Source: an uncultured Desulfosarcina sp.
GTDB lineage: Bacteria; Desulfobacterota; Desulfobacteria; Desulfobacterales; Desulfosarcinaceae
Assembly: GCA_963674945.2 (NCBI GenBank)
Contig: CAXXWQ010000003.1
Location: 896,001-960,000, forward strand
Length of the DNA stretch: 64,000 nt
Direction: 5' to 3'
Shown here: positions 63,841-64,000 of the stretch, in pieces
Layout of the letters: each line of letters opens with the position of its first letter
Position numbering within the stretch: the first letter of the stretch is position 1
Made by a program: the position numbers and the translations under genes
The notes under the pieces: generated by a model
What the model saw: the letters and a program-made list of their open reading frames with translations, nothing else
Told to the model about the DNA's origin: nothing
The model's database searches: none

Positions 63841-64000
63841 ATGAGCAAAGAATTTGAGATGATTGTTGGCGCCGAACGGGATTACATCATGGACCCCGGT
63901 TTTTCGATTAATGGCTTTCGACCCATTGGCCCCACCGTCGATGCGATCTTGAACCGGTTCACCAAACGTATGCGCTTTGCCTGGCGCGGCCAAGTCGAAA
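63841..64000 (+). CDS. partial hypothetical protein running off the window
   Basis: ATG MSKEFEMIVG... open to the end; CTAACTAATTAC site at 63800-63811 upstream. Confidence 0.5.
   Translation, partial: MSKEFEMIVGAERDYIMDPGFSINGFRPIGPTVDAILNRFTKRMRFAWRGQVE

Overview
Positions 1-~7.2 kb are host-like chromosome (hybrid PAS histidine kinase, ihfA, two PilZ proteins; the gene style suggests Desulfobacterota, inference only). From ~7.3 kb to the window end lies the packaging, modification and replication portion of a large, apparently decaying prophage or phage-plasmid-like element. Its leftward operon joins a full 7-deazaguanine pathway (queD, queE, folE, queC, queF, TGT-fold DpdA-like) to RuvC, two ParB-N proteins, an HD protein and small and large terminase. 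The rightward arm carries an SF2 helicase (nonsense mutant), an initiator with internal iterons (IS-split), DnaB, primase, Fic, LigA, GyrB with two inteins, an XRE regulator, an AAA+/vWA pair, DnaE fused to a degenerate UDG-like domain, UvsY/SSB/5'-3' exonuclease/RecA/SbcCD, a sigma-like factor, ThyA and class II RNR. Four IS copies are present; three have exact ends and target duplications that I could resolve. Non-coding signals read directly from the sequence: an orphan 37-35-37 bp CRISPR-like mini-array, a 12-bp palindrome repeated ~15 times, an 18-bp promoter-like motif (5 copies) and NrdR-box-like sites. All product calls come from motif recognition by eye; no database searches were run.
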